A stretch of DNA of 64,000 nt from the human T2T-CHM13v2.0 reference genome, Homo sapiens. Position 1 is the stretch's first letter. Each line of letters opens with the position of its first letter. The notes beneath the pieces were generated by a model, which was given only the letters and a program-made list of their open reading frames with translations, made no database searches and had not been told where the DNA came from. This document shows, piece after piece, positions 1-14,018 of the stretch. A program made the translations under genes and the position numbers. The stretch lies in assembly GCF_009914755.1 (NCBI RefSeq), contig NC_060927.1; one strand, 5' to 3'.

Positions 1-809
1 ATATATTAAGGGAAACTATAGATGACATTGTTTTAAGGTGAGAAAGTTACTACAGATAGTAAATTGGGAAAAAAATCCTTTGCAAATGCAATAGATTGAT
101 TTTATAAAGCCACAAATATAGAGAGCTAGGAGAAATTATGAACAGCCCTTTTAATTGTTAATTATGTAATTATGGCATTTCAAAATTTTTCTTGTATGGC
201 CTAATGAGAATTTTGTAACATCAAGGCTACATCTTAAGTGTTGTTGGATGCTCATGGAATGCTCTTCCTAAATTTCATTTTCATTTTTTCTTCCTAGTGT
301 TTCTGCATTTTATCAGATAGAAAATAAAAGGGTGTATTTATATTACTGCTAGTAATTTTGACTAGTGTAGTTGATATTGCTTTACATTTATATTTCTGTA
401 TCTGTCTTTCCTTTTCAACTCCATTCTTTTCACTGATTTCTCCCTCTGCTGTTTGTTTGTTACTCCCCATTTTATTAGATGATGGGACATTGGCTGCAGT
501 TTCTGAATTTTAAAGTTTTCTTATTTTTTCCTTTAAAAAAATAAGTAAGTAAATGATTTCAAATTTTAAGAAAGCAGTCCTCCATTTGGAAATAAAAATA
601 TTAATTAAAGTTTAAGCATATTGCATTGATGATAAACTCTTGATAAGGTATAAGCAAAAAGACAAATGGACTTTCATCCTGAACTCATCCTGAACTCATC
701 CATTAAGTAACGGCTACTATTCCTGATTTTCTAAATTCTGGTTAGTTCTAGCCCTCAATCCCATACATAAAAGAAAAACGTGAAGGAAAGTTATGCTAGT
801 ATAGTATAC

Positions 810-1762
810 TATACCAATTAATTTAGCAAAAATTGCCAAGTTTGACAGTGTATTCTTTTGGCAAGGCTAGGGAAAAGGAAGTATGCTCATATATTTCTGG
901 TAGTACTGTAAGTTGGTACATGCCCCATGGAGAAATATTTGGCAATATCTGTCAATATGAGAAATTAATATACCCTAGGACCAACAACTTCACTTCTGAA
1001 AATTTATCCTTTGACACACTTGGCACACACGTAATAGACAAATGCTCAAAGTCGGTCATTGTAGTGTTGTTTGTAACAGCAAAGAATTGGAAACCATACA
1101 AATGTCTATTAGCAGAATATTGCTTAAATACATTATAGCACACACAGTGATATGGAAAATATTGAGCGGCCCTAAAGAAGAAAGAGGAGTCTATACACTT
1201 ATGGAGAAAAATGATAAATAACACTCTAAAATAATAAAAAAGTCATAGAAAGGCATATGTCAAATATGTTAATTTTATACAAAAAGGTCAAAAATAAGAA
1301 TATGTATTTGCATTTGCCTGTATATGCTGAAAAAAAACTGTAAAGACACATACATTCACACATAAAAGCTGTTATCTAATGGTGACTGGATGAAATGCAG
1401 AAAAATAAGGCATGAAATGAGAAGTGAAAATTCCACTGTATTTCATTTTGTTGGAGCATCATAAGTATATTCCTTATTATACACACTGATATTTATTATA
1501 ATATTATACACACATAAGCACACAACAGATCTGGTCAATGTGGAGAAGAAAATGTATCAGAAAACTAATGATAACTCTAATTACTACAATTGAGCAGAGA
1601 GCTTGGTTCCAAAGAAATTCCTGGGGTAATGGAAATATTTCTATGTTGATTGTGGTGGTGGCTTCTTCACAGGTGTGTATTTTTCTCAAAATTCCTCTAT
1701 TGGTACACCCTAAGTTGATGTGGGTTATTAAATACAAATTATACCTCAATAAAGTTGATTAG
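810..1762 (+). mobile_element. Old LINE-1 (L1M/L1ME-like) ORF2 C-terminus and 3' UTR fragments
   Basis: Decayed ORF2 C-terminal sequence (ORF 833-1138 has VLFVTAKNWKPYKC, like L1 ALFxIAKxWxQPKC). Ends in the typical L1M terminus 'caaattatacctcaataaagttgatt'. Confidence 0.7.
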
Positions 1763-2012
1763 AATAGCTTTGTGCTGGACTTCCAAAGTTAACAACAATA
1801 ATAATATCAATGTAAACTATTATATATAGACTACTCTGTCATATGGATGTTGTCTTTTGTAGAGATTTATGCAAAACAAAAAGCATTCCTTCAGGTGCAT
1901 AACATTAAATCACATGTGAAGACATTTCTAAAGAGTGCTAAAGCAGTCTGATTTGGTCTATGCTTTATCAGCCCTTAGAAGATAATGTCCACATAAACGA
2001 CCTATCATTTCA

Positions 2013-2346
2013 TTTTTCTTTTCTTTCCTTTTCTTTTCTTTTTCTTTCTTTCTTTCTTTATTTTTTTTTTTTTGAGATGGAGTTTTGCTCTTGTTGCCCG
2101 GGCTGGAGTGCAATGGCACAAACTCAGCTCACTGCAACCTCCACCTCCTGGTTCCAGTGATTCCCCTGCCTCAGCTGCCCTTGTAGCCTGAATTACAGGT
2201 GCATGCCACCACACCCGGCTAATTTTTGTATTTTTAATAGAGATGGGGTTTCACCATGTTGGCCAGGCTGTTCTCGAACTCCTGGATGTAGATGATCTGC
2301 TTCAGACTCCTAAAGTGCTGGAATTACAGGCGTGAGCCATTGCGCC
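2013..2346 (-). mobile_element. AluS (AluSq/Sp-like)
   Basis: 'gagttttgctcttgttgccc...ggagtgcaatggc', dimeric Alu body, T/TTTC-rich tail on the left. Confidence 0.93.
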
Positions 2347-2419
2347 ATACAATTAACTTATTTTTTTCAAGGAATTTATTACCATTTTACATACTATATA
2401 TTATTTATTAAGTACTGCA

Positions 2420-2555
2420 TCTGTCCCCTCCCTTTAGAATGTCAGCTCCTTGAGGACAGACACTTTGTTTAATTTGCTGCTGGATCATTGGCACCTGAGG
2501 TTCTTAGGAAGCAGTAGGTACTCTGTAAGTACTTGTTTAATCACTATTAATAAAT
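2420..2555 (+). mobile_element. L2 3' end
   Basis: 'tagaatgtcagctccttgaggacagacactttg...cagtaggtactctgtaagtacttgtttaa' resembles the L2 terminus. Confidence 0.65.
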
Positions 2556-2870
2556 ACATGGTTTAAAATATGTTATTTAAAAGTCCCTGACAAAGTTGTT
2601 ATGATGGAAAGTCAGATATTCTTTCTTATTAGCTTTAAATAACTGAGATTTCCTCCAGTTTTGGAATGATTTATCTTGTATTTGACTGAGTTCCAGAGGA
2701 AGTGTTTGAGCCTTTGGATTCTATCGTTTTAAGTTCAGGAAGAAAAGAAAGAGCAAGCCAAGGGAATTGAGGAAAAATAGCATCAAGACAGGCAAAAACA
2801 ATGAGCATGTTTCCCTGGAAGAAAGAAAAAAAAATATGTATATATGCCTATACAGGCATATATAGTGTAT

Positions 2871-2902
2871 ACACACACTCACACACACACACACACACAC
2901 AC
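2871..2902. repeat. (CA)n microsatellite
   Basis: Seen directly in the sequence. Confidence 0.95.
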
Positions 2903-3134
2903 GGAGGGAGTAAATAGCTGTATTAAATCCTGCAGGAATTTGAATACATTGAGATTCAGCGATGACCATTGAATTAAACATGGATACTGGTATTTGTCAA
3001 TCTTGATAAAAGGGATTTATGTGGACTGCTAGGGATTTATACCTAATTAGAATATATTGATGAATAAAAGAGAACTAGAGATAGAGGTTTTAGTTAATTA
3101 TTTCATTAGTTTTGCGTTAAAGGGGATATAGTAT

Positions 3135-3560
3135 AACTTTATTCCAGTTGCCTATTCAGTGACTAAAATCAAGTAACCATTGCATTGTACCTCCAGATTC
3201 ACATCGGACAGATGAGCTGGTCTGGTGGTTCCAGATGGCTTCCCTCACATACTTAGCAATTTAGCAGGGCTTAAAGAAGATTGAGCTCAGTGGGGTCCCT
3301 CTCCCTCTCCTCTCCGTATGGTCTCAGTGTCTCTCAACACAGTCTCTTCAGTTGGACATCCAGGATAGTTGGCTTCAAACTCCAAGAATGTGTATTTCAA
3401 GAAACAGCAAGAAAAACCGGCCAGTCTTAAGCTCTGAGCTCTGCAACTTGCACAGTGTCACTTATGTGATATGCAATTGGTCAAAGCAAGTACAAAGACT
3501 TTCCAGATAAAAGAGGAGGGATCATATACCCCAGCTTTCCATAAGAGGGTAGATTCATCA
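3135..3560 (-). mobile_element. Old MaLR LTR (MLT1 family)
   Basis: 'ggcttccctcacat' and 'gtgtcacttatgtgatatgcaattggtcaaagcaagtacaaag' match reverse-strand MLT1 motifs. Confidence 0.6.
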
Positions 3561-3929
3561 CCCATTGGTTGTATTTGGAGATCTTAAAGGACGTTCGTTC
3601 AACATAGGAAACACTCTTTGTGAACATCAATTGTTTCAGTTTGACTCAGACATTCTTAAAGCTCGCTTTCAGCTGCTGAGGAATGCTGATGCAGCCCTTG
3701 AGCACAGCCTTACTGACTTCTTCAGCTTGAAGTCTTGCAGTTCCGCTTCTTGTACTTTATATTCCAACATTATTGAAGTATTTTCAGTCCACCAGTCCCT
3801 TGCTGCAGACCATGTGCATTTCCCCTATGCCTTTGCATACTTTCCCTAGCCCCATGTGTAGTCTTGCAAATATTATTAATACATTATTTTATAGTCTTAA
3901 ATTGACTTTTTTGGTAAACGTTTCTTTTT

Positions 3930-4312
3930 TTTATTTAAAAAAGTGTTTATTCGACTCATCATTCTGCAGGATACACAAGAAGCATGCTGTCAACATCTGC
4001 TTTTGATGTGGGCCTCAGGAAGCTTCTACTCATGGTGTAAAGTAATGAGAAGCTGATGTTCCAATATCACATGGTCAGAGGGCAGAAGCAAGAGCGAGGA
4101 ATGGGAGGTGCCAGAATCTTTTAAACAACCAGCTGTCTCTGGTACTAATAGAGTGAGAACAAACTCCTTTCCCCCACTCCCAGAAAGGGCATTAATCCAT
4201 TCATGAATGATCCACCCCCATGATGCAAACACATCCCATTAGGTCCCATCTCCAATATTAGGGATCAACTTTCAACATTAGGTTTGGAAGGGATCAACAT
4301 CCAAACTATACT
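3930..4312 (-). mobile_element. MaLR LTR (MST-like)
   Basis: 'ggcctcaggaagcttctactcatggtg', 'gggaggtgccagaatcttttaaacaaccagct', 'ccattcatgaatgatccacccccatgat', 'ccaaactata'. Confidence 0.8.
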
Positions 4313-4416
4313 ATATATACATATATTTATATATGTACACATATATAATTATATATACATATATTATATATAAAATATAATAAGCATGGCATATTACCTA
4401 TGAATAATTATTTACC

Positions 4417-5149
4417 TTTTTTTCTTTTTTTATTATACTTTAATTTTAGGGTACATGTGCACAACGTTCAGGTTCGTTACATATATATACATGTGCCATG
4501 TTGGTGTGCTGCACCCATTAACTCGTCATTTAACATTAAGTATATCTCCAAATGCTAACTCTCCCCCTCCCCCCACCCCACAACAGGCTCCAATGTGTGA
4601 TGTTCCCCTTCCTGTGTCCATGTGTTCTCGTTTTTCAGTTTCCACCTATGAGTGAGAACATGCGGTGTTTGGTTTTTTGTCCTTGAGATAGTTTGCTGAG
4701 GATGATGGTTTCCAGCTTCATCCATGTCCCTACAAAGGACATGTACTCATCATTTTTTATGGCTGCATAGTATTCCATGGCATACATGTGCCACATTTTC
4801 TTAATCCAGTCTATTATTGTTGGACATTTGGGTTGGTTCCAAGTCTTTGCTATTGTGAATAGTGCTGCAATAAACGTACATGTGCATGTGTCTTTATAAC
4901 AGCATGATTTATAATCCTTTGGGTATATACCCAGTAATGGGATTGCTGGGTCAAATGGTATTTCTAGTTCTAGATCCCTGAGGAATCGCCCCACTGCAAA
5001 TCTAAACCACAATGAGATACCATCTCACACAAGTTAGAATGGTGATCATTAAAAAGTCAGGAAACAACAGGTGCTGGAGAGGATGTGGAGAAATAGGAAC
5101 ACTTTTACACTGTTGGTGGGACTGTAAACTAGTTCAACCATTGTGGAAG
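4417..5149 (-). mobile_element. 5'-truncated L1PA (about L1PA4) with 5' inversion
   Basis: Poly(T) tail, then antisense 3' UTR and ORF2 end to 4996 (ORF 4635-5012 has [22 protein letters not shown]). 4995-5149 is the adjacent L1 segment in the opposite orientation. Confidence 0.95.
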
Positions 5150-7099
5150 CCTTTGTAAACATTTCTTGAGATGACTCTTAGTAGACTTGAATACCCACTA
5201 CTCTCTCATACACAGTTCATTCTTGTAATTATATTCCTTCACATTTTATACTCCAATATAATTGTACTTTTACACCTTCCCCATTGATGTATCCTTCATA
5301 AGATCAGGGACTATGCCTTTTGAATGTTATGTAGTGCCTAACATAGAAATGTGTGTGGAATTAATGAATTGTACTGCTAGATTCATTTCTACATATTTAT
5401 CTTGATTGCATTTTGAAAGTACAAAGATACCAATATAGTTACTGAAATATTATAGCAAAGAAGATTGCTCCAGGTGAATGGTATAGGTTGTAGTCATTGC
5501 TCAGTTATAATGACAATAATTGAGATTAATTTTATTTTCTATATTTTATTTATTGTTATTAGATCATGTTCTTCATAGGTTTCACAGGATAGGGCTTTTC
5601 ATTTAATTATAATAAACCAATACTTTCAATGCCAAATCCTTTAGTTACATAATATTTTTTAAAAGTAAAATTATATAAAATCATAGCTATGAAAATCCAT
5701 TTCCAATGTAAGAAAAATTACTGAAAATAATAGTTGGATGGTATCATACCCATACAGCAATGCTAATAAATAATTGCTTTGAGCTCTTTCATCACTCAGC
5801 TTAAATAAATCATTTCACATATGTATATATATGGATAAAATTGTTTCTATATTATCTTAATTGTAATTTGTTTTCTTAGACTAAATAGTCTTCAAAAGGG
5901 CAATGTAAGATTTGGTAATTTTAAAACTATGAATCTTAGAATCATTAAAAGTGTTCCAGATATTTACATTTACAGCCACTTAAACATACAGTCACTTATA
6001 GTCCATAAAAGAACTATGTTTACTGATTCATAATGAGAGCGTCTAGTAGTACAGTAGTGTCTATTTATTCCTATATTTATGGATCCATATTTTAATATTT
6101 TAGCAAGAGCTAAGAGGAAAATGAAGGAGGATGCTTTTCCAAGATTTAAATTATGATACTGTTTAAAACAAAAAATAGGTTTCAAGTCATAAGCCCATCC
6201 TGGTTTAGTTGGAAATGGGCAATACTCAGTAACACAGTGTATTAGACTTTAATTCATTAAGAAACAAAAATGTGTGTGGGGAGTGAATGTAAACATTTTA
6301 ATGCATAAAGAAGTGAATGTTGTATTTGATCATATAGTAATTTACTGTCAAATAAGTAAAAGCATGAGTCTTTGCTTTTTGTGTAAATAACTGTCTCAAC
6401 TAAAACCTGCAAATTTTTAGATTTGGTTAAAAATTTTATTTGTCCTCTTAAAACACAAAACTTTAAAATAAAATAGCTTTACTGCTACTAACATAGTTCT
6501 TTGCAAATAATGTGTGCCCAATATATATTTATCAAAAGAACATACTAATCTTTTACTCTCATAAGTATTTAAATCAAAATATTAATATTTTTATACGTGA
6601 AGTTGAAACACATATAATTTAGAGAGAAGATCATAATTATTTTTATTGTAGATTGATTAGCCACAGGTGTAGCTCTTTACACTCTTAAGTGGTTAGTAGG
6701 AAGGTGAAGGTTGGTTGACACCTTTACACACAAGCTATCCAGGCATGAATGGGAATCTTGGGGAAGAAATGAATAATTATTTTACTGCAGTTAAGGTTTG
6801 ATGAGAGTTCCAAGAGCATTTACTGTATCTTTAAGGCTTCTCTACAGAAAGGAAAAGGTAGACTATGAAAGCGAAGACGTTCTATCTGTTGATATTGTTT
6901 TCCTGTTATAATGGTCAAGGAAATATATAGGTAAGTGGTATATTATCACTAAAATATAAAAAATATATTTGATTTAAGCCATTATATATAATTGTCCAAG
7001 TTATTCTACAATTTGAAGAAGGAAAAAAAGCTTTGTCACTATCATTTGTGGAATAATTTTTTCTGATATCACTAAGAGGCACATCATTTATTAAATGTC

Positions 7100-9470
7100 T
7101 TCAGATTTTAGCGGTAACACACATCTCACAGGAGAACACTGCTTCAACCCAAAACTGCTAATTTTGAGTAGGGCTCAAAACAAGGAGTGGTGCAGCAGGA
7201 CTAGACTGTAGCTTAAAGATCCCTGCTACTTAGGTAATGTGACCTGGTAAATCCCATATATTTAGAGTCATCTATACATTAAGCAACCATATGCAGTTTC
7301 TAGCAAGTTCTAGTAAGTGATTGTGCATTGCAGACTCCTACAGTTTTGGTGCAAGGCTACTCCATGTGCAGCAGGGATCTATAGCCATTTGAAAAGCAGC
7401 TCCTGGAAAGCTACCGAGCTCTAATAGAAAGCAAGCATTTGATCATGGTGCATGAAGTAGCCATGTGACTAGAGTTGAGGCTCCAGAGCTGAGAACTGTA
7501 ACCCACAAAATCATAAGCTTGAGCTGGCCCAACAATAATCTATTATGCAAGGGGAATGTTGTATTCAAGAATAGAAATGAACAAGTTCACGGTTTATATT
7601 CAAGCAGCATAAATAAATGTCTCAACCACCATTTCACCCACCAGAAATGCTCTGGCATCTTCCTGTCAGCTTATACTTACAGTTTCATGGGAGTTCCCTA
7701 ATCCAGTTGATGGAGGAAGGAAGAAACAAAACAAAAAACAAAAACACAACGATCCTGTTTCATGGTTGGATTAGATTGTTGTATTATACTACTACTGCAA
7801 TATAATCCCATGTAAAGATGGCCCTCGAAAGAAAGTTGTGAATGGAAATTCTCATGGGCACAGCTTCAGTACACCTGGTCATCAGTTTGGAATGAAGAAA
7901 CAAGTGACATAGTTATGAATGTATGTAAACTTATGGATGAATTGCGTGGCTAGTTGTCAGTGATTTAGAAAAAATACAAGACTGAAAATTTAGGGCAAAG
8001 AGATTGTAAAATAAAACAAATAGCTGGATTTTGGGAGTGGGTATAAAATGTAAAGATCTTTGTATGACACCTTGATGCTCACAAAAACAAGATACTCCAA
8101 ATGAGTAGATGACAAGAGTGGTAATCAGGTAGAGACCTCTTGCTGATGTCCTCAAGCAATGCAGTGCTTGTGTGATAGAATCATGAATGGAGAGGGCATG
8201 GTGGGAAAAATGAAGGCTACTGCATGATTCCAAAAGATTTATTTCCCACTCATCAAGGGATTTATTTATTGCCTCTGTGTGTATCTGATCTGCTGCCGAA
8301 AGAAACCAACACTGAACTTTTAATTCTGTCCTTTAAGAGGAGAAACAAGGCATTTGGAAGCAAGTTCATTATATTGGAACCCTCATTCTGAGAAGGTCTC
8401 ACAAAGTAAGACTGAAACATATTTCCATACTGGTTTGCCTTTCTTGCCCATAGTGCTTTGTCTAGCATCATAACCCAAGGGCTCAAAATGTGCCTCATTT
8501 ACTGGACTATCACATCATATTGTTCCAAGGTACTCACTTTATGGTAGGTTGAGCACATCACCATGGAATCTACCGGCTCTGCAGCAAACTGTATCAGCCA
8601 ATGGCTGCTGCCTCAATAGATCATTGGAATTAGTTTTGAAGGTGGCAGATGTGGTGCCAGCATGACAACACCACCAACCAAGCTTGGGTTGATGTTATTT
8701 ATTATTTTGTGGACACCTTAAATCATTACACTTTATGTGATTCTATGTCCCTCATAGGTAGATCATGTGAATGTGGAATCAAGCAAGTGAAAGTAGTAGT
8801 AGACTGTTTATCGTCACTCCTAATGAGTCACTTGGGAGATTCTGATTTCCATTCCTACAGTTTTTGGCTCTGTGGGTCCAGATAGTCTTCTTCCCAATTC
8901 TCTCAATAGTGAACAGAGTTAGAGTTCCACTAAATGTAAACATTTAGATACCACCCAGGTTTTTTAGGTCCCTCATGGTGGTAGACATGAAGGCAAAGAA
9001 AGTTACAATATCAGCAGTGTCGCTGAACCAATTGTCATGAAGAGACAGAATTGCTAGATCATAATTGACATTCATATTATTCCCTGTGGCATCATGTGGT
9101 ACTCCCACGTCAAGTGTTAACTGAGAATCAGCAACGTCATTAGTTTGGGTCTATAAAAATACAGCACCTAGACACTCAGATAACTTAGGGAGGAAACTCT
9201 TATTAATACCATCAGAAAAGCCTTTTAGACTATTAGACACCCTAGCTGAGGATGAGGTCTCTAGTATGGGTGGTAGAGGAATCAGATAGTAAGCATGATT
9301 AATGATGTTAGGAATAACTGCAGAGGTAGAGGGTGGGGTATCATCCATATAAAACTACTCCCTTGTTCCCACCCCAAATTGTAGCCAACTATAAGCTTAA
9401 AGAAGCTAGGGTTGAATAAACTTAATGTGAAAAGCAAGAGAATCTCAGCAAGTGTTGAAAGTGTATGGGA
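7100..9470 (+). mobile_element. Decayed ERV-L class internal region (pol RNase H/integrase; HERV16/ERV3-16A3-like)
   Basis: Hand translation gives FWCKA and PFEKQLLESYRALIESKHL (7385), HEWRGHGG (8182), WKQVHYIG, WFAFLAHSA and QGTHF (8526). These are ERV-L pol motifs, broken by stops and frameshifts. Confidence 0.85.
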
Positions 9471-9472
9471 CA

Positions 9473-9900
9473 CTGAAGGTGTTCAATCCATGTCTCCTTG
9501 GATTCCTTTCACCGTGTTTGCATGTCCATTCTGCCCCATCATCAGCTTGTTTTGCTACTATTCACACTGTGATCTCCATACTTTATGGACCCTGGAGCCA
9601 CCTGGTCCACATGAAGTGACTGAGAGTTTTATATACTCTTCAATGAAATGCCGAAGTGGCCGGTATCCAATGACTGACTGCTAGAGAAATACAAAAAGCC
9701 AGTTCTTTTGACTTGAGACATCAAGACAGTCTCCATGAGATAATTCACTTTCCAGAGCTTTATAGAGCAGCTGGCATCACAATTAAACTTACTTTGTTTC
9801 TTTCGCCTTCCCTATCCTGCCTCCTCCACTCTCTCACTGGCTTCCCCTGGAGCATTTGCTAAATATAACACTTGCACCTGAAGTCTCGGTGCTCCAAGAG
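9473..9900 (+). mobile_element. LTR16-like 3' LTR of the ERV-L remnant
   Basis: 'ccaatgactgac', 'ttccagagct' and 'ccctatcctgcctcctccactctctcactggcttcccctggagcatttgctaaatataacacttgcac' resemble LTR16. It lies directly downstream of the pol remnant. Confidence 0.65.
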
Positions 9901-12762
9901 TTCTTCAAGTCTACTCCAAAAAGGCTATTTTTCATGGAGAACTAAATGTAAACCCCAATTGTTTGATTTTTGTCATGGTTAATATCTTGGAATAAAAATT
10001 CAGTATATAGAAATCAAAAAATCCTGTAATGCAACACTTTTATTATTCACAAAATGTAACATCAGTGTATGTTTATATGGTTTACTTGTCCAGACCATGT
10101 TCTTAATTCTAACCCACAGTACTTGCCCCATGTGTAGAGAGTATAGATCTGTTTCATGATATAAGCAAGAAGGAAAAGAAGATACTCAATGTATATGCCA
10201 GTGAATTAATGATAACTTGATTTTTTTCTTGCTAGCATTTTCTTCCTTGACTCAAGAACCTCATATTCAAAAAATTATTATGGAAAATCATATAATATTA
10301 AAATCATTGAAATATATAATATTTGTAAGTGACATGTTTTCTCTTCAAGTATTTTTCTAGTGGTATTGATTGTGAAACTGGTTGGCTCTACACACAAAAA
10401 ACATTGGCAGTGTCTTTATAAGGATAACTAATAAAACAAGGAATTATAAAAATGGATAGAGTTTAATGAGTAAACTTCACTGCGTTTTAAAGTTTTAAGT
10501 TTTACTGACAGAAAACTTTGTTTTTAGTTTACCCGCACATCATTTACAAGTGAAAATTCACAATCTTCTTGTTACAGTTTCTCAGAATTATAATAATCTG
10601 CAGAATAATTTTTTCACTGAGAAAACTTTTTTACAATTTTTCTTACAAATGATCTCATATATTCACTTATCCTGAAATATCTAATTTGTTCTATAAATTT
10701 ACCTGCATCTCTACCCTCACCATATATCTTTCTTGATTATCAGACCAAACCCCTCTTACGTGTTCTATTAATTTTCTTCCCTATGTTCTTTTCCAAATAA
10801 ATCAATCATCCTCTTTCCAGAAAATATATTCTCTGAATAAGAATAGATATTTGGAAAAGGCATATGTAGGTTCTTGAAGAAAGAAGGAAAAATCTTCTGG
10901 TATATTTAATATGTGAATCAATCCTCAGGGACAGGGAGTAATAAAGTCATAAAGAGACTATTTTCAGACTTAATCACAGTTTGTATATTTTTCCACCTAA
11001 ATAGCATTGTAGAGCTAGGATAATATATTTTAAAATACTATGCTGCCTGAAGTAACCACTGAAGTTATCTTTTTATTATTTTTTTAAGTAGAAGAGCCAA
11101 TCCCCTACAGATATTACAATTAAATACAGCATTTAATAAATATTTAAGTGAATTAATAGATAAATCGCAATTATATAAATAAAATATAAATTTATTATTC
11201 TTCACCGACTGTGGTGAACGTTACCTCTCTGCAGTAAGCTCTCAGATTTTAAATTGGTTTTAATACAAAGGGAAAACACTGATAATTGAGGCCAGATGAG
11301 GGCCAAGTGATAAAATCAGTTTCAGGTAATAATTAAACAGGTGAAAATTGGGTTGTTAGAAGAAGATTCCTGTTGAGGAGATGTATTTTGACTAGTGTGA
11401 AATATATTCATATTAAATATGGTGATTGGGTAAATTACAAAGGCATATCCTAAAATTCAATTCACTTAAGGTGAGACTTGTTTTGAATTCATAATCATTT
11501 TTACAGCTATGTCTGCTAAATTAATGGCATTCATTAAAAAAAATGTGAATAAACCCAAGTTTCTTAGAAAAGATACCCATTACAGGATAATCTTGTTAAT
11601 GTAAGGAAAAAAGTATGAAATCACCATTTTCTACACCATCTTTCAAATACAAAATAGACCATAACTTATACATTACTGTGGTAATATTTTATTTCTTGCC
11701 ACTAATTGTGTGTTTCGTCAATGTGGGGGAAGGGTTCCCTATGTAAACCTAAATGGCTGAAGGATTTTTCTCAGTAAACCTCAAGATATAACAGGAGTGA
11801 TAATGGAAAAATAATATTCAGTTGGAAATCTCTGGAGACTCTGCTACATGAGGTATAATTGGACAGGCCCAGCAACCCAGTATACCAATTACCAAATAAA
11901 GATATTTAGTCATAAGAAACATGGATACTCCAAATCCATCTTGGGAGTTCAATCAGTAACAACAGGGAGTAGGAATACAGAAAATTGTCTTAATTTCAAA
12001 AGTTCTATTGGAGAACAAAACCCCATAATATTCATTACTTAACTCTTTCCATTTGTAGATTTCACTTTTTAAGAACAAAGCATGGGAATGTTGATTTCAA
12101 GTAATTTCTTGAATTTATATTATTGTTAAAGCCCTTTGACTTTAAGATGTAAACTTTTCAGAGTCAATATGAAACTGTAATTATGAAAAAAATGCAGTTT
12201 AAGACTTTAGAGACAGCTATACTCCCTGCAAATGTGTATTTAAATCTAATCAATAAATATGTAGGATAATCATATTCTAAATACCAACTAATCATTTTGG
12301 TCAGCAAATCATAATTTTTAATTTATAGTTACGTTAAACAAATCTAGCATAGTCTTCTTGAAAATATTTTCTCTCAGGCTATGTACAAGATTTTCTTTAC
12401 CAAATATTATATATTTTCATAAAATATAATACACCTCAACTTACACGCACACATAAATTATTTGGTCTAAGATTTTAAAATGCAATCAATTTTTAAATGT
12501 TTAACTCTAGCTAACATTAAATAAATCAAAGCCTAATAATGTAAAAAGTGAGAATCTCTGCAAAATGATGAAAGTATTACAAGAGTGAGCATTTGCTACT
12601 TTGAGAATGGGAGCCTGGGATCTAATACTCCCAACTTAAAACATACCGTTATACTCAGTGGCTTTTCTATATATAAGCACTGACCTTTTCTCTATATTGC
12701 CTGCTCTCCTGTGGTATAGTGTGAAGTGGTTGGAAAAGAGATGATAATACCAATTCACAACC

Positions 12763-12912
12763 CTGGAACCCAACTGGGATCAGCTGCTAAAGATATTTCT
12801 GATCAAAAATAAAGAAATAACCTGCATCAGTGGGGCTTTTCAGCTTTAACAGCAGGAAAACTCTTCATATCTGTAATCTGTAATATCCACAAAAATAATT
12901 GGTTCTGCAATA
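12763..12912 (+). repeat. 150-bp dispersed direct duplication, copy 1 (copy 2 at 15544-15693)
   Basis: Ungapped alignment at offset 2781, with 9 mismatches in 150 counted by eye. Confidence 0.95.
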
Positions 12913-13552
12913 CTCTGACTTAAATGGTGGTTTCAGCAATAAAACATACTACATTCTCATGATTTTATGTTTTTTACTCTTTATGTATTTAGTCTATACT
13001 CTGTGAATTTACTTCCACATAGGCTTACTGAGTTTCAAGTAACAAAACGTGCTAAACCTGATGGTGTTCCCTTTAATAGTATTACTCCCCGCAGAAATTT
13101 AGTTGTGTACATTTGGCAGTACTAATTATTATTTTTCTCATTCATATAGAAACGATTTTTCCTGTTTGCTTCAACATATTATTTTTATTAAGAACTTTTT
13201 TTCTCAAGAAGCAAGGAGAGGATGCATGTATATTGATTTCCAAATCTCCTTAACTATGCTTTGCTTCTTGGCTAGAAAATGACGTGGCAATTCTGACAAA
13301 TTATTTGCCAGCCCAAAACTGGTTGGATTACAGTGTTAGTGCAAATATTATTAGAACTGCTCCCAAATTTTCTGTCATCTAAGTGAATTCTCACAGGAAA
13401 CTTCTTCCCCAAAGAACTTACCAAACACTAAAGACTTAAATACTTCCTAACATTTAATACTACTGTTGGGGTTATGTTTGCAGCTCTAGGAAAAATATAT
13501 TATTCCTCACTCTTTTCTCTTTTTTCTGTCTGTGTTTAACCTTCTTACTGCA

Positions 13553-14018
13553 TTTTTTTTTTTTTAACTTTAAGTTCTGGGACACATGTGCAGAATGTGC
13601 AGGTTTGATACATAGGTATACATGTGTCTTGGTGGTTTGCTGCACCTATCAACCCGTCATCTAGGTTTTACGTCCCCCATGTATTCGTTATTTGTCCTAA
13701 TGCTCTGCCTCCCCTTGTCCCCCACCCCCCAAGAGGCCCAGGTGTGTGATGTTCCCCTCCCTGTGTCTATGTCTATGTGTTGTCATTGTCCAACTCCCAC
13801 TTATGAGTGAGAACCTGCGGTGTTTGGTTTTCTGTTCCTGTGTTAGTTTGCTGAGAACGATGGTTTCCAGCTTCATCCATGCCCCTGCAAAGAACATGAA
13901 TTCATTCTTTTTTATGGCGGCATAGTATTCCATGGTGTATATGTGCCACATTTTCTTTATCCATCCTATCATTGTTGGCATTTAGCTCGGTTTCAAGTCT
14001 CTGCTATTGTAAATAGTC
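13553..14018 (-). mobile_element. L1PA (about L1PA8) 3' fragment
   Basis: Poly(T) followed by 'aactttaagttctgggacacatgtgcagaatgtgcagg'. ORF 13697-13981 has [19 protein letters not shown]. Confidence 0.93.

Noticed and set aside
674-701. 11-bp tandem repeat (tcatcctgaac x2.5); similar micro-duplications at 15917-47 and 36658-702
   Set aside because: These are ordinary slippage duplications with no further signal.
13280-13289. TGACGTGGCA UPRE/CREB3-type motif
   Set aside because: It is a single motif without promoter context and is plausible by chance.
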